Source of the DNA: an uncultured Bacteroidota bacterium
Lineage (GTDB): Bacteria; Bacteroidota; Ignavibacteria; Kryptoniales; JAKASW01
Reading direction: 5' to 3'
DNA: 64,000 bases
Assembly: GCA_963790995.1 (NCBI GenBank)
Contig: CAWBQQ010000002.1
Location: 94,547-158,546 of the forward strand
The translations under genes were made by a program, and so were the position numbers. This document shows positions 49,161 through 57,858 of this stretch, one piece after another (positions within the stretch are counted from its first letter, which is position 1; every line of letters starts with the position of its first letter). The notes below the pieces were generated by a model. The model saw nothing but the letters and a program-made list of their open reading frames with translations, was not told where the DNA came from and made no database searches.

Positions 49161-52100
49161 TTATATATTTAGGCTCTCGCGGACTTTTCTTGCAAGAAAG
49201 GTAGGGGTAAACGGCTTCTGGAGAAACTGCAGATCTCCTTTCAGGATTCCCTCAGGCACAAGCTCATTTGCCGTGTATCCGGACATAAATAACGTCTTCA
49301 TTCCAGGTCTCATGACGGTGATTTTTTTGCTTAATTCCTTCCCGCTCATGAATGGCATAATTACATCGGTCAGCAACAAGTGAATCGGTCCAGTATAAGT
49401 CTCCGCGAGCAGAAGCCCTTCGCCCGGTTCAAGCGCAGTTAGGACTCTGTATCCGAAACCCGCCAGCAACGTCTTCGTTATTTCGAGCAAGTCCGCCTCA
49501 TCTTCGACGATTAGAATTGTTTCAGCCCCACGAATGGATTCATCAGCGGGCTGCATCTTCTCAGTTTCAGCTTCTCCATGACACCTGGGCAAAACTACTT
49601 CAAAAGTTGTCCCCTCACCCGGTATGCTCGTAACGGAAATATCCCCGTTATTCTGCTTGACTATTCCATAGACCGTTGACAATCCAAGCCCCGTGCCCTG
49701 ACCCTTGGGCTTTGTCGTGAAAAACGGTTCAAATATTCTTTTAAGTGTTGCATCATCCATTCCCCTGCCGGTATCTTGAAACGTCAGGTTAACGAAATCG
49801 CCAGGTATAATTCCCGAATAGTCCCGCGCTTCGCTGTCGTTTATCTGCTTGTTCGCGGTCCTAATAGTGATCGTCCCGATTCCGGTGATCGCATCCCTCG
49901 AGTTCCCTGCGAAGTTGATCAATATCTGATCAAACTGTGATGGATCAATCTTGATATTCCACAAATTACTATCCGGCACAAAATTAAGTTTACGATTCTC
50001 TCCTATAATGCGAAACAACATTTTTTTTATCGATTCGATTGAGGAATTCATATTTATGACCTTAGGGGATACCATTTCCTTCCGGGCGAATGATAAAAGC
50101 TGCCTGGTCAGATCTGCGCCCCGGTTCGCCGCTTTAAGGATTGCATTGACCGGTCGCTTAGCTTTATTGTCGTCTTCAAGTTTGGATATTAGGAACTGGG
50201 CATAACCGATTACGACGCCAAGCAGGTTATTGAAGTCATGGGCGACACCACCTGCCAGCTGACCTATACTTTCCAATTTCTGGGACTGCAAGAGTTGTTC
50301 CTGGAGCGACTTCCTATCTGTTATGTCGGTGCAAAGCCCTTCGTGGTACATAATCCGGCCCGTCTCGTCGCGGACATATCTCGCATAATCCTCAATCCAG
50401 ACTTCGGCGCCATTCTTCTTTTTCAATCGATATGACTCGGTCGTTGGGGCAAATCCCGCGTGTCGAGTTGCTCCAGTTCGTTCAGTCTCGGCAAAATAAA
50501 GCGTACCGGGGATATTCATCGTCAGCAATTCTTCCCTGCTGTAGCCCACCATCCGGCAAAATGCCGGATTTATCTCAACGAACGTTCCTTCGGGTGTGCT
50601 CTTATAGTATCCGACCGGCATCGACTCGATAAGCTCATGATATCTCAAGTCGCTTCTTGTGACGGCTTCCTCCATCTCTTTACGTTGAGTTATGTCTTCA
50701 CTCACCGAAATGAAATTCCTGATCACGTTATCTTTATCTTTGACGGGCGAGATGTTCACAAGCTCCCAATACAACTCCCCATTTTTCTTCCTATTATGCA
50801 ATTCACCCTGCCATTCATTGCCTCCCAGGATAGTTTCCAACAAACTCTTATACTCTTCCTGGGACGTTCTCGATGGACTTCAAAATGTCGAAGTCTTTCC
50901 CGACTGTCTCTTGCAGAGTGTATCCCGTGAGCCGGGTGAACTTTGGATTGACGTATTCAATCTTTCCGTCAATATCTGTGATAACGATTGAAACCGGACT
51001 CTGTTCAACTGCGAAATAGAGCTTACGAACCTGCTCTTCTGTCTGCTTTCGTTCGGTGATGTCGCGTAAGAAACCTACGATCCCCAACGGTTCGTCGTTT
51101 TTCCCGATCACGGGGGCCTTATATGTCTCGTACCATCTGCCTTTTTCAAAGCCTATTATTTCTTGCTCGAGAATGTTTTTCTCACGGGAAGCCAGCACAA
51201 AACGGTCGTGGGCACGGTATTCCTCCGCAACTCTGCGTTCGACTATATCAAAGTCATTTTTTCCAACAAGTTCATCGGCAGTTGGAATGTTAAAGCTCTT
51301 CGCAAATAATTGGTTCACTGCAAGGAACCGGCTTTCCGTATCTTTCATCCAGACTGCAAAGGGAAAATTATCCAGCAAAGCACGTTGATAACGTTCTTTA
51401 TTTTGCAATTCCTCCTCTGCCCGTTTGCGATCAGTGATGTCGCGTGCAACCCACACCGCGCCGATGATCTCGCCTCCTGCACCATTGATCGGGGAAACGG
51501 ATACTGAAGCATAAATCATGGCGTCGTCTTTTCCGGATATAGTCTCGTAGTGCTGCGCATGATTTCCTTCTCTGATGCTTTTAATAATCCCGAGAATATT
51601 ATTGCCATGCTCAGACGGTAACAACGCCGACGCAGACCTGCCAATAGCCTCGCCATGCGTGTAACCGTAAACTCTCTCCGCACCCTTGTTCCAGCTTGTG
51701 ACAATGCTATCCAACGTCATGCCGATAATGGCATCGTTTGACGAATCCACTATTGCGGCCAGATAACTGTTCCTTTCTTCCCATATTTTCCGGCTCGTAA
51801 TATCTCGTCCAAGTCCCACCAGACCGATAATCTTACCCTCCTTATCGCGCAAGGGTACCTTGGAAGTGAGAAGCCAGCGCTTTTCGCCATTCGAATCAAT
51901 GAGAAAATCTTCGTGATTTAATATTGGAATACCATTTTGGATAACTGTCCTATCGTGTGCGCCGAATCTCTCGGCTGTTTCACGGGAGAATAGTTCGAAA
52001 TCGCTTTTCCCAAGAACTTCTTCTTCGGAATGAAGCCCGACATTTCTTAAATCGGCCGGATTCGTGACTATTTTTCGACCTTCTATATTTTTTGCATATA

Positions 52101-52572
52101 TCCCATCGGGAATATTATCTATGACAGTGCGCAATAAAATCAACTCTCGACGAAGTTGTTCCTCCAGCTTCTTCTTACTGGTAATTGAATGAAAAGAGAT
52201 TCCGACGATGTTCGGCCGAAGCGGAACCACTTTCACGTCGTACCAGCCTCGATGGTTTGCGCTGTCTCCCATATACACTTCGCCTAAGTCCATCGGAGCG
52301 GACGATGCAGACATCTTGCCCATCGCCTCTAAGGTTTTCGTTTTTATTTCCTGCGGTAGAATCGAAGCTATATCAATTACCTGATCGGTCGAAATCCGGA
52401 TTCCGGCAAGCTCTTGTGCAGCATTGTTAGCCTCGATTACTTTGTGGCATATTTTGCCTGTCGTTTTGCCGATCTCGACTAAAAAAACAGCGTCGCTGAA
52501 ATTCCTTACGAAGTCACTGAAAAGGTCCAAACCTCTTTCTGAGCCAGTCATATGTTGACTCGTTTTCGACAT
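49161..52572 (-). CDS. Multi-PAS hybrid sensor histidine kinase/response regulator, split by a +1 frame displacement at about 50851-50866
   Basis: The upstream ORF (50848-52572) holds several PAS/PAC domains. The downstream ORF (49161-50843) holds PAS, HisKA (GGVAHDFNNLL), HATPase (GTGLGLS) and a receiver (ILIVEDEADL...DVIMPFMSG). The split falls in the middle of a PAS domain: ...LKSIENVPGRV* in one frame continues as QEEYKSLLETILGGNEWQGE in the other. Confidence 0.8.
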
Positions 52573-52869
52573 TTAAGATCCCACATCATATAATAGCTTC
52601 AAATTCACGAACTCTTGTACAGGTTGCAATGAATTTGCCTGTATAGGCTTAATCATTCAATTCCCACCATGAGCAGAATAACTTCACAATTCACCCTATT
52701 TTGACATCCTTACGCGGTTTAGCATGTTTCAAATTCAAATCGGCACTTCACTCCACTCACTTTATCGGATTAAATAAGTCCATTTATAGTGACCTGCCTC
52801 AAGTTGTACACCGGCGACAAGGTAGTGATTTGGCCGGGCGTTGAACACCCATCAGAATCTTTCTACTAC

Positions 52870-53052
52870 TTAAAAATGCCGAAGCAAGTACATGATCAGC
52901 AGAATCATCACTATTGTTCCGAGACATCCCAATCCTCTCTTCTCCACTCCACGCACACGTCCTGTTTGGGAATCGACAATAAAGTATGTTTTTCTCCCTC
53001 TGAAAAGTTCTACGACCAGGACAACTAAGATTGCAATTAACACGACATGCAT
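52870..53052 (-). CDS. Possible small two-TM membrane protein
   Basis: This is a 60-aa ORF with two hydrophobic stretches, preceded by AAAGGGG 8 nt upstream of the ATG. There is no other support. Confidence 0.3.
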   Translation of the reverse strand: MHVVLIAILVVLVVELFRGRKTYFIVDSQTGRVRGVEKRGLGCLGTIVMILLIMYLLRHF

Positions 53053-53340
53053 ATTAATACCCCTTTCGCCTTATACGATCGAACTCATACGACATCATTT
53101 TGACCTTTAAAGCTCTCCGTTAATTTCCAAAGTTATTTCTTTCGTCCATGAAGTGCAATTCGGTCTTCGACGACAACCTGCGGAGAGGTCAAACTCTTTT
53201 AGCTCTGTGGTATTACTGCCGGTCTGCAAACTATCGGGCAAAAAAACAACATATGTACTCCATATTGAACTCAGTAAGATCGATTGGGGTTCATTATTAA
53301 GTAGATATTTGCAAAACTAATCTAAGGAAGGACAAAGGAG

Positions 53341-53634
53341 ATGATCATTGTACACGATGCATTCGTCTGCAAACCCGGCAACGCCTCCAAAGTTGCAAAG
53401 ATGTTCAAAGAGGCCATGATGCTGGACACTCACTCGGTAAACGTCATGACCGACGTAACGGGCCAATACCACCGCGTCATCATGGTTTCACAATACAAGG
53501 ATCTGGCAGAATATGAGAAGAGCTGGGAAGCAATGTCAAACCCGACTAAGGAAATGCAGGAAGCCATGAAGAAAATGGAAGGCTACCAGGAGATGTACGT
53601 TTCGGGAAGCCGTGAAATCTACAGAACATGGTGA
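53341..53634 (+). CDS. Hypothetical 97-aa protein (possibly a ferredoxin-like/NIPSNAP-like fold)
   Basis: A strong SD (AAGGAAGGACAAAGGAG) lies immediately upstream. The fold guess rests on size and pattern only. Confidence 0.5.
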   Translation: MIIVHDAFVCKPGNASKVAKMFKEAMMLDTHSVNVMTDVTGQYHRVIMVSQYKDLAEYEKSWEAMSNPTKEMQEAMKKMEGYQEMYVSGSREIYRTW

Positions 53635-53636
53635 GG

Positions 53637-53704
53637 ACACGCTCAGCCAAGTCAGAACCCTCTTGTCCCGATATTGTCCCAGGTCGATCCTCGAGTAATA
53701 CCAA
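53637..53704. repeat. About 70-nt repeat, copy 2 (partner at 23824-23893)
   Basis: The sequence CTCAGCCAAGTCAGAACCCTCTTGTCCCGATATTGTCCCAGGTCGATCCTCGAGTAATACC matches the 23.8-kb copy in the same orientation. Confidence 0.7.
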
Positions 53705-53855
53705 CACGCCGGGATTTCGAGCAATCCGGCGACATACTTAAGAATCCTTCCCTTCTTATCGGGAACAAAAAACAACAACCGGAGTGTTGTTGGAAATAAT
53801 CGATAGCAATTACAGTCTATTTCACGAACAACATTACAGAGAAAGGATTTAAATC

Positions 53856-54305
53856 ATGGGAGTCAAATCAATTCCGGATGGGTATCACACAGTCACACCC
53901 GCAATCATAGTGGATGGCGCCGCGGATGTCATCTCTTTTGCGGAAGAGGTGCTAAACGCGAAAGTGGCAACAAAGATGGAGAATCCCGACGGTACGATCG
54001 GCCACGCAGAAGTTAAAATCGGAGACTCGATCGTATTTGTAGCAAACCCGATGATGGGATCTGCACCAGCACCAGGATGGCTCTACGTGTATGTAGACGA
54101 TGTCAACTCCGTTTACAGGAAAGCAATGGCAGCCGGTGCGAAGTCGGTTGAAGAACCGTCCGACAAGTTTTACGGCGACCGGACAGCAGCATTTACAGAT
54201 AGAGCCGGCAACCATTGGGGGATCGCAACGCATGTTGAAGACGTATCGCCAGCGGAAATGGAAAAACGCATAGAGGCGTACAACAAGCAAGCGCAGGAGA
54301 ATTGA
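53856..54305 (+). CDS. VOC-superfamily (glyoxalase/bleomycin-resistance, PhnB-like) protein
   Basis: The 149-aa product contains HAEVKIGDSIVFVA and FYGDRTAAFTDRAGNHWGIATH, typical of VOC/PhnB-like proteins. Confidence 0.7.
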   Translation: MGVKSIPDGYHTVTPAIIVDGAADVISFAEEVLNAKVATKMENPDGTIGHAEVKIGDSIVFVANPMMGSAPAPGWLYVYVDDVNSVYRKAMAAGAKSVEEPSDKFYGDRTAAFTDRAGNHWGIATHVEDVSPAEMEKRIEAYNKQAQEN

Positions 54306-54656
54306 GACGGTTCAACTGTCTTCTTCTTTTTCCTAAACTCTTTTTCGGGAAATCCGGTCGGAAGCTGTGTTTTACTCTGACGTTCCCGAGTGTGAGCGCA
54401 TTTGCGCCATGGCGTAAGGCGCCGCATCTATCGGGAACCCATGACGAGCGGGGGCAGTCCAAACGACCTCACCCTACCCTCTCCTTGGCAAGGAGAGGGA
54501 CACAGATCTTTTTCTCCATCCCAAGCTCCTGCTTGGGATGACCTCTGTTATGCGGGAAGTCAACTCTCGCACCGCGGAGAATCCAGACAGAGGTAAAAGC
54601 GGTCGTTAATCTGCGTTTCGCGAATCTGTGTGGTGTGTCAGCAGGGGCACATGTGA

Positions 54657-54820
54657 ACGTGCCGGTGTTTATCTGGTTCGGGCGCGACCCAACTGTATCT
54701 AACTTATTTTTTGTGTACCAGTGTTTCAATCCACGCGCCCGCGTGGGGCGCGACTCGTGTCTGCGTCCGCAAGGGTCGGATTGTCCGTGTTTCAATCCAC
54801 GCGCCCGCGTGGGGCGCGAC
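54657..54820 (-). CRISPR. Minimal type I-C CRISPR array: two intact 32-nt repeats, one degenerate terminal repeat, two 34-nt spacers
   Basis: The minus-strand repeat is GTCGCGCCCCACGCGGGCGCGTGGATTGAAAC, at 54789-54820 and 54723-54754. The spacers are at 54755-54788 and 54689-54722. The degenerate repeat at 54657-54688 retains only the GTCGCGCCC end. The repeat sequence and length fit the type I-C class, and the array lies downstream of cas2. Confidence 0.85.
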
Positions 54821-54959
54821 TGTATTACTTAAAATATCACAAATCACTCGATTTATCCAGAAAATACAACCTACGTTGCTTACCTCAAATTTGTCAAAGA
54901 ACATCTTGCCTCTATTATGCTGAAACAAGGTACTTCACTCATGCGCGCTTCGGTTAGCG
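54821..54959 (-). promoter_or_regulatory. Putative CRISPR leader
   Basis: This is an AT-rich 139-nt segment between the cas2 stop and the first repeat. The degenerate repeat is at the opposite end of the array, as expected for a leader-distal position. Confidence 0.45.
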
Positions 54960-55250
54960 TTACACAATAATCGGCTCTTCTATATCCGCTAAACCAGATT
55001 TCCCATGATGCTCAACCCGCCGCTTCCAGTTTGAACCCAAGAAATAGAACCTTAGGCTATCACTCTTCACATCGTACATCGATAGCAATTGATCCTTGAG
55101 ACTCTCCCATTGTGCGGGCTCGACGTTGCATTCGAAAACAGAATTCTGAACTCGTATTCCATAATCGACACAAGTCTCGGATATCTTCCGAAGCCGCCTT
55201 ACTCCCGCAGCTGTTGTCGTCGAAACATCGTAACTCACAAGAACCATCAT
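54960..55250 (-). CDS. cas2: CRISPR-associated endoribonuclease Cas2
   Basis: The product MMVLVSYDVSTTTAAGVRRLRKISETCVDYGIRVQNSVFEC is a canonical Cas2 N-terminus. The ORF-track start at 55280 (MPIEQAEVSY) is created by a REP-like unit. Confidence 0.9.
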   Translation of the reverse strand: MMVLVSYDVSTTTAAGVRRLRKISETCVDYGIRVQNSVFECNVEPAQWESLKDQLLSMYDVKSDSLRFYFLGSNWKRRVEHHGKSGLADIEEPIIV

Positions 55251-55265
55251 ATAAGACACCTCCGC

Positions 55266-55338
55266 TTGTTCGATAGGCATTCTTGCCTTTCATTAATCTC
55301 TATAAGAGGGACATTCAAGAATGAATGTCCGACAACAA
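55266..55338. repeat. REP-like hairpin pair (one type 1 unit plus one inverted type 2 unit) in the cas1-cas2 gap
   Basis: The units are TTGTTCGATAGGCATTCTTGCCTTTCATT (55266-55294) and GGGACATTCAAGAATGAATGTCCGACAACAA (55308-55338, opposite orientation). Confidence 0.8.
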
Positions 55339-55351
55339 TAATTGTCACCTT

Positions 55352-56458
55352 TCATTTCATATAAAACGGCGGATATTCTTGAATATCTCCGCGGATGTAC
55401 CTTGCCATTAGCTGAGCTTGAATATGCGGCAAGAGCCCAATAGTCATCTTCTCGCCAAGAAAAGGGTGCGTGATCTCTTCCTGCTTTCGCTTCTGATAGG
55501 CAGTGAGCACTTTCTTCCGTGCCTCATCTGACATTCTCACTTCTCCCGATTCACGAATCTCAAAATCTTTCTTCGTGACCTGCTTCAGGTTAATCAGATT
55601 CAGCATAATACGATCTCCTAAATACGCTCGAAACTCCTCCATGATGTCAAGGGCAAGACTTGGTCTTCCGGATCTCAGCTGGTGAAGAAAGCCAACCTGA
55701 GGATCAAGCCCCGTCGTTTCAACTGCCGATCTAACATCATTCGCAAGAATCGCATATAGAAACGAAAGCAGCGCATTTGCGGGGTCGAGCGGCGGCCGCT
55801 TCGAGCGGGCAGTGAATTCAAATTCCTCAACGACTATTAAAGATGACAGCACTCCGAAATACATCGCGGCACACTCGCCTTCGTAGCCACGAAGCTCATC
55901 AAGAGTCTCTGCCTCTTGAATGTCAGGTAAACGACCGCCCATCGCGGCTGCAACGGATTCCACTGCTCCTGAGGATTCTTCGTCGGGTATCCTCCCTAGC
56001 TCTTCAATTGATTCTTCAGTTGGACAAACATTCCTGTTTGTCCCATTCTTGTCTGTCCCTAATTCCGGATGATTCCTCTGGTGACGGAGCAGAAGGTTTC
56101 TATAGTTTGCCACCTTCGCCGCAATAATGGGACGCGCAATTGATAACGAGCATGGTTCACTGTCCGCCGTTGCATACTGTGCCTTCCGAAGCAATACGTT
56201 TCCCTGCTGAGCACCAGAGACATGGGCGAGGAACTTTCCATTCTCCGACAGATAACTAATTCCGACATTATTCTCCGCACAGAACGCCATAAGAGCAGGT
56301 GAAAGAGCTTTGAAGCCGAAACAGACAATATTTTCAATCGAATGAACCGGCGCCTGAAATACTCTCTTGTTGTCTACTTCAACAACAAACGTTTCTCTTT
56401 CTTTGTGGACATAGGCATCATCAGAGGTAATGTAAAGATTGTTGAGATGTTTTTTCAT
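55352..56458 (-). CDS. cas1: CRISPR-associated endonuclease Cas1 (type I-C), with a REP-derived in-frame insertion
   Basis: The sequences MKKHLNNLYITSDDAYVHKERETFVV, RGYEGECAAMYFG, NALLSFLYAIL and GLDPQVGFLHQLRSGRPSLALDIMEEFR follow the Cas1 pattern. The ORF-track start at 56485 (MSVEQ) lies inside a REP unit. Confidence 0.9.
   Translation of the reverse strand: MKKHLNNLYITSDDAYVHKERETFVVEVDNKRVFQAPVHSIENIVCFGFKALSPALMAFCAENNVGISYLSENGKFLAHVSGAQQGNVLLRKAQYATADSEPCSLSIARPIIAAKVANYRNLLLRHQRNHPELGTDKNGTNRNVCPTEESIEELGRIPDEESSGAVESVAAAMGGRLPDIQEAETLDELRGYEGECAAMYFGVLSSLIVVEEFEFTARSKRPPLDPANALLSFLYAILANDVRSAVETTGLDPQVGFLHQLRSGRPSLALDIMEEFRAYLGDRIMLNLINLKQVTKKDFEIRESGEVRMSDEARKKVLTAYQKRKQEEITHPFLGEKMTIGLLPHIQAQLMARYIRGDIQEYPPFYMK
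56019..56058. repeat. REP-like hairpin unit plus a half unit inside the cas1 coding sequence
   Basis: The sequence is GTTGGACAAACATTCCTGTTTGTCC followed by CATTCTTGTCTGTCC. It encodes GTDKNGTNRNVCPT in the cas1 frame. Confidence 0.7.
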
Positions 56459-56470
56459 ATTTCTTTCAGA

Positions 56471-56560
56471 TTGTTCGACAGACATTCTTGTCTGTCATTG
56501 GCATTCCTGCCTGCCATCGGTACTCCTGCTCAAGTTCGACAGACATTCTTGTCTGTCATC
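56471..56560. repeat. REP-like hairpins (two full units and one partial) filling the cas4-cas1 gap
   Basis: The full units are TTGTTCGACAGACATTCTTGTCTGTCATT (56471-56499) and AAGTTCGACAGACATTCTTGTCTGTCATC (56532-56560, overlapping the cas4 stop). The partial unit is GGCATTCCTGCCTGCC. Confidence 0.85.
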
Positions 56561-57269
56561 AAGACAAATACAAATTCTTCAAATAGTTCTTAAGCTTTCT
56601 TTCATTCATAGCCTTCGGCATACACACCGGCTCCAGCGAACAATTCCGGCACTTTGCCGAATACTCTGCGGCCGGCGTTCGCTTGTTTGCTATCAACTCA
56701 CGAACTTGCGCAATGATCTCTTCCGTCTGATTACGCAGATCACTGTCAATCTCGACCCGCACACGCCGTCGGATCTTTCCATAGAAGAATGCACCATGGG
56801 TCACCTGAATATTCATCATTTCTCCCAGGCAGAGTGCTTGTGCACAAAGCTGTACTTTGTCGCTGATATCGTCCTTCGGCTCACCTGACTTAAACTCCAC
56901 CGGGACAATCAAGAATGATTGTCCGACATTTTTCTCATCTTGTGCTTGTTCGAAAGGCATTCGCTCTTGTTCGACAGACATTCTTGTCTGTCTAAAGAAT
57001 TCCACCACATCACATCTTCCTGAAATCCCAAGTCGAAACGAATGAACCTTTAGCCCTCGCACAGTCTTTATCGACCCGCGAGACTCATAAGTATCAGTAT
57101 CCACCTTCTCATGCATTATATCGCCCCGTACAGTAAACACATTTTCATGCCATACATCCTCGACGTGTATCAGGGCGCACTGCCGCGGACAATAGACATA
57201 ATGCTGCAACGCACTTATCTGAAAGAAATCGTCTTCAGTGTACGGCGTCGATGGACTTGATTCAATCAT
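56559..57269 (-). CDS. cas4: CRISPR-associated exonuclease Cas4 (type I-C) carrying an in-frame triple REP insertion
   Basis: The sequences ISALQHYVYCPRQCALIHVEDVWHEN, GRCDVVEF, PVEFKSGEPK, VQLCAQALCL and C-terminal CRNCSL..C form the RecB-nuclease/4Fe-4S pattern of Cas4. Confidence 0.9.
   Translation of the reverse strand: MIESSPSTPYTEDDFFQISALQHYVYCPRQCALIHVEDVWHENVFTVRGDIMHEKVDTDTYESRGSIKTVRGLKVHSFRLGISGRCDVVEFFRQTRMSVEQERMPFEQAQDEKNVGQSFLIVPVEFKSGEPKDDISDKVQLCAQALCLGEMMNIQVTHGAFFYGKIRRRVRVEIDSDLRNQTEEIIAQVRELIANKRTPAAEYSAKCRNCSLEPVCMPKAMNERKLKNYLKNLYLS
56902..56993. repeat. Three REP-like units inside the cas4 coding sequence
   Basis: The units are GGGACAATCAAGAATGATTGTCCGACATT (56902-56930, type 2), CTTGTTCGAAAGGCATTCGCTCTT (56945-56968, degenerate) and TTGTTCGACAGACATTCTTGTCTGTCT (56967-56993). 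Confidence 0.8.
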
Positions 57270-57292
57270 TAATCATACCGTAATTTACCTCC

Positions 57293-57517
57293 ATGGAAAG
57301 GGAAGATAAGATAAACTTTCGCGTTGAATTTGAACAGGAAGAGGACGGACGGTGGATCGCTGAAGTCGTCGATATACCGGGTGTACTTGCATACGGAAAG
57401 TCGCAAGAAGAAGCGATGTTGAAGGCGCAAGCGCTCGCCCTGCGTGTCCTTGCCGAGAGAATCGATATAGGCGAGGTTTCCGCGATGCCACTTACGATTT
57501 CCTTCCTCGCTGCATGA
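57293..57517 (+). CDS. hicB: HicB-family antitoxin-like protein (UPF0150)
   Basis: The 74-aa product contains FRVEFEQEEDGRWIAEVVDIPGVLAYGKSQEEAMLKAQALA, typical of the HicB N-domain. Its stop overlaps the hicA start by 4 nt. Confidence 0.7.
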   Translation: MEREDKINFRVEFEQEEDGRWIAEVVDIPGVLAYGKSQEEAMLKAQALALRVLAERIDIGEVSAMPLTISFLAA

Positions 57518-57729
57518 GGCAGTGGTCCTCTCAGAAAGCCCGCCGTGTGCTCGCCGCTCTGCTTCGCACTGGTTGGACGATCAAGCGCGAGACTGCAGGT
57601 TCCCACAAAATTCTCTCCCGTCCAGGTTGGACAGATTACGTTTTTAGTTTTCACGATGCAGAAGAAATTGGTCCGAAGATGCTTGCCCGAATCGCCAAAC
57701 ACACGGGCTTGAAGCCGGAAGATCTGTAA
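57514..57729 (+). CDS. hicA: HicA-family mRNA interferase toxin (YcfA-like)
   Basis: The 71-aa product contains KARRVLAALLRTGWTIKRETAGSHKIL...FHDAEEIGPKMLARIAKHTGLKPEDL, the HicA pattern with the catalytic GSH. Confidence 0.7.
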   Translation: MRQWSSQKARRVLAALLRTGWTIKRETAGSHKILSRPGWTDYVFSFHDAEEIGPKMLARIAKHTGLKPEDL

Positions 57730-57744
57730 CAACGGATGCTCCTG

Positions 57745-57856
57745 TCTTTTTCCATTCATGCTCGACATCAGTAAATCGATGCTGCCGCGGACAAATACAC
57801 ATATAATGTTGCAGAGCGCTTATTTGAAAAAAATCGCCTTCAGTGTACACGCACTC
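57745..57856 (-). pseudogene. Duplicated, diverged 5' fragment of cas4
   Basis: The minus-strand translation VYTEGDFFQISALQHYMCICPRQHRFTDVEHEW parallels cas4 residues PYTEDDFFQISALQHYVYCPRQCALIHVEDVWHEN. The DNA similarity to 57140-57245 is visible by eye. Confidence 0.7.
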
Positions 57857-57858
57857 TC

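Noticed and set aside
54306-54656. I looked for additional degenerate CRISPR repeats beyond the terminal one.
   Set aside because: No further matches to the repeat beyond the GTCGCGCCC remnant at 54680-54688 are visible. The palindromes there (54477-54539) are unrelated in sequence to the repeat.
54755-54788. Spacer 1 shares a 9-nt string (GATTGTCCG) with the type 2 REP-like unit inside cas4, which hints at self-targeting of the repeats.
   Set aside because: Nine nucleotides at the spacer edge is too short to distinguish from chance, and the rest of the spacer does not match any unit.
55251-56485. The ORF track gives N-terminal extensions for cas2 (start 55280, MPIEQAEVSY) and cas1 (start 56485, MSVEQSERN).
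   Set aside because: The extra codons are read straight out of REP-like hairpin units; ATGTCTGTCGAACA is the reverse complement of the unit. The conserved Cas2 and Cas1 N-termini begin at the downstream ATGs (55250 and 56458).
57262-57768. A 168-aa minus-strand ORF spans the hicBA region.
   Set aside because: It is antisense to two ORFs with clear HicB and HicA signatures. Its sequence is low-complexity and Arg/Ser-rich with no recognisable motif, so it is most likely a shadow ORF.
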